Below, piece by piece: positions 63,221-64,000 of a stretch of DNA of 64,000 nucleotides. How positions within the stretch are numbered: the stretch's first letter is position 1; the number at the start of each line of letters is the position of its first letter. The translations under genes were made by a program, and so were the position numbers. The DNA is from Heterodontus francisci. Lineage: Eukaryota. The notes under the pieces are model-generated. The model had not been told where the DNA came from. It was given only the letters and a program-made list of their open reading frames with translations, and did no database searches. Location of the stretch: assembly GCF_036365525.1 (NCBI RefSeq), contig NC_090397.1, forward strand, positions 69,693,781 through 69,757,780. Reading direction: 5' to 3'.

Positions 63221-64000
63221 ACATAAGAACTAGGAGCAGGAGTAGGCAATTCAGCCCCTCGGGCCTGCTCCGCCATTCAATACGATCATGGCTGATCTCA
63301 TCTTGGCCTCAACTCCACTTTCCTGCCCGTTCTCCATAACCCTTCAACCCATTTCTAATTAAAAATTTGTCTCTCTCCTCCTTAAATTTACTCAATGTCC
63401 TGGCATCCACTGCGCTCTGGGGTAGTGAATTCCACAGAGTCACGACCCTTTGAGAGAAGTAATTTCTCCTCATCTCTGTTTTAAATCTGCTACCTCTTAT
63501 CCTAAAACTATGACCTCTCGTTCTAGATTGTCCCACCAGAGGAAACATCCTCTCTACGCCTACTTTGTTAATCCCCTTAATCATCTTATATACCTCAATT
63601 ATCTCCTTTCATTCTTCTAAACTCTAGAGAGTAAAGGCCTAAACTGCTCAATCTCTCTTCATAAGACAAACCCCTCATCTCTGGAATCAATCGAGTGAAC
63701 TTCCTCTGAACTGCCTCCAATGTAACTACATCCCTCCTCAAGTAAGGGGACCAAAACCGTACGCAATACTCTAGGTGCGCTCTCACTAATGCCTTATTCA
63801 GTTGCAGCAACACCTCCCTACTTTTATACTCTATTCCTTTAGCAATAAATGCCAAAATTCCATTTGCCTTCCTTATTACCTGCTGCACCTGCATACTAGT
63901 TTTCTGCGATTCATGCATGAGGACACCCAGATCCCTCTGCACCGAAGCACTCTGAAGTTTCTCTCCATTTAGATAATAATTTGCCTTTCTATTCTTCCGA
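63221..64000 (-). mobile_element. CR1 LINE 3' portion inserted into the ERV pol
   Basis: ORFs 63595..63942 and 63309..63584 encode the CR1 RT C-terminus (LEYCVRFWSP, RRNYFSQRVV..WNSLP). The 3' tail lies at ~63221. Confidence 0.92.

Noticed and set aside
63221-63339. C-terminal part of the 194-aa ORF as viral Pol
   Set aside because: After ~63220 the frame reads through the antisense CR1 3'UTR, so it is not viral sequence.

Overview
This is vertebrate genomic DNA, most likely from a shark or other cartilaginous fish (inferred from the CR1, L2, V-SINE and DeuSINE repeat content). Much of it is retroelement debris. The host gene is on the minus strand and belongs to the FRMD4 family, best match FRMD4B. 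Two short alternative first coding exons are visible (38687-38779 and 2709-2867); both end in phase 0, and I did not find the shared FERM-domain exon in this window. The main discovery is at 58981-63220 (+): the 5' part of a degraded foamy-virus-like (spumaretrovirus-like) provirus. It has a long LTR with a SINE inserted right behind its TATA box, a tRNA-Lys-like PBS, a frameshifted foamy-type Gag, and a protease plus RT N-terminus. Unlike known foamy viruses, its gag tail and pol are in the same frame, separated by one TGA. Other notable items are a 27 x 30-bp two-variant hairpin minisatellite inside a CR1, three Penelope-type hammerhead ribozyme remnants, a solo LTR and a young RTE fragment. 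Protein comparisons are from my memory of reference sequences and need confirming by search.
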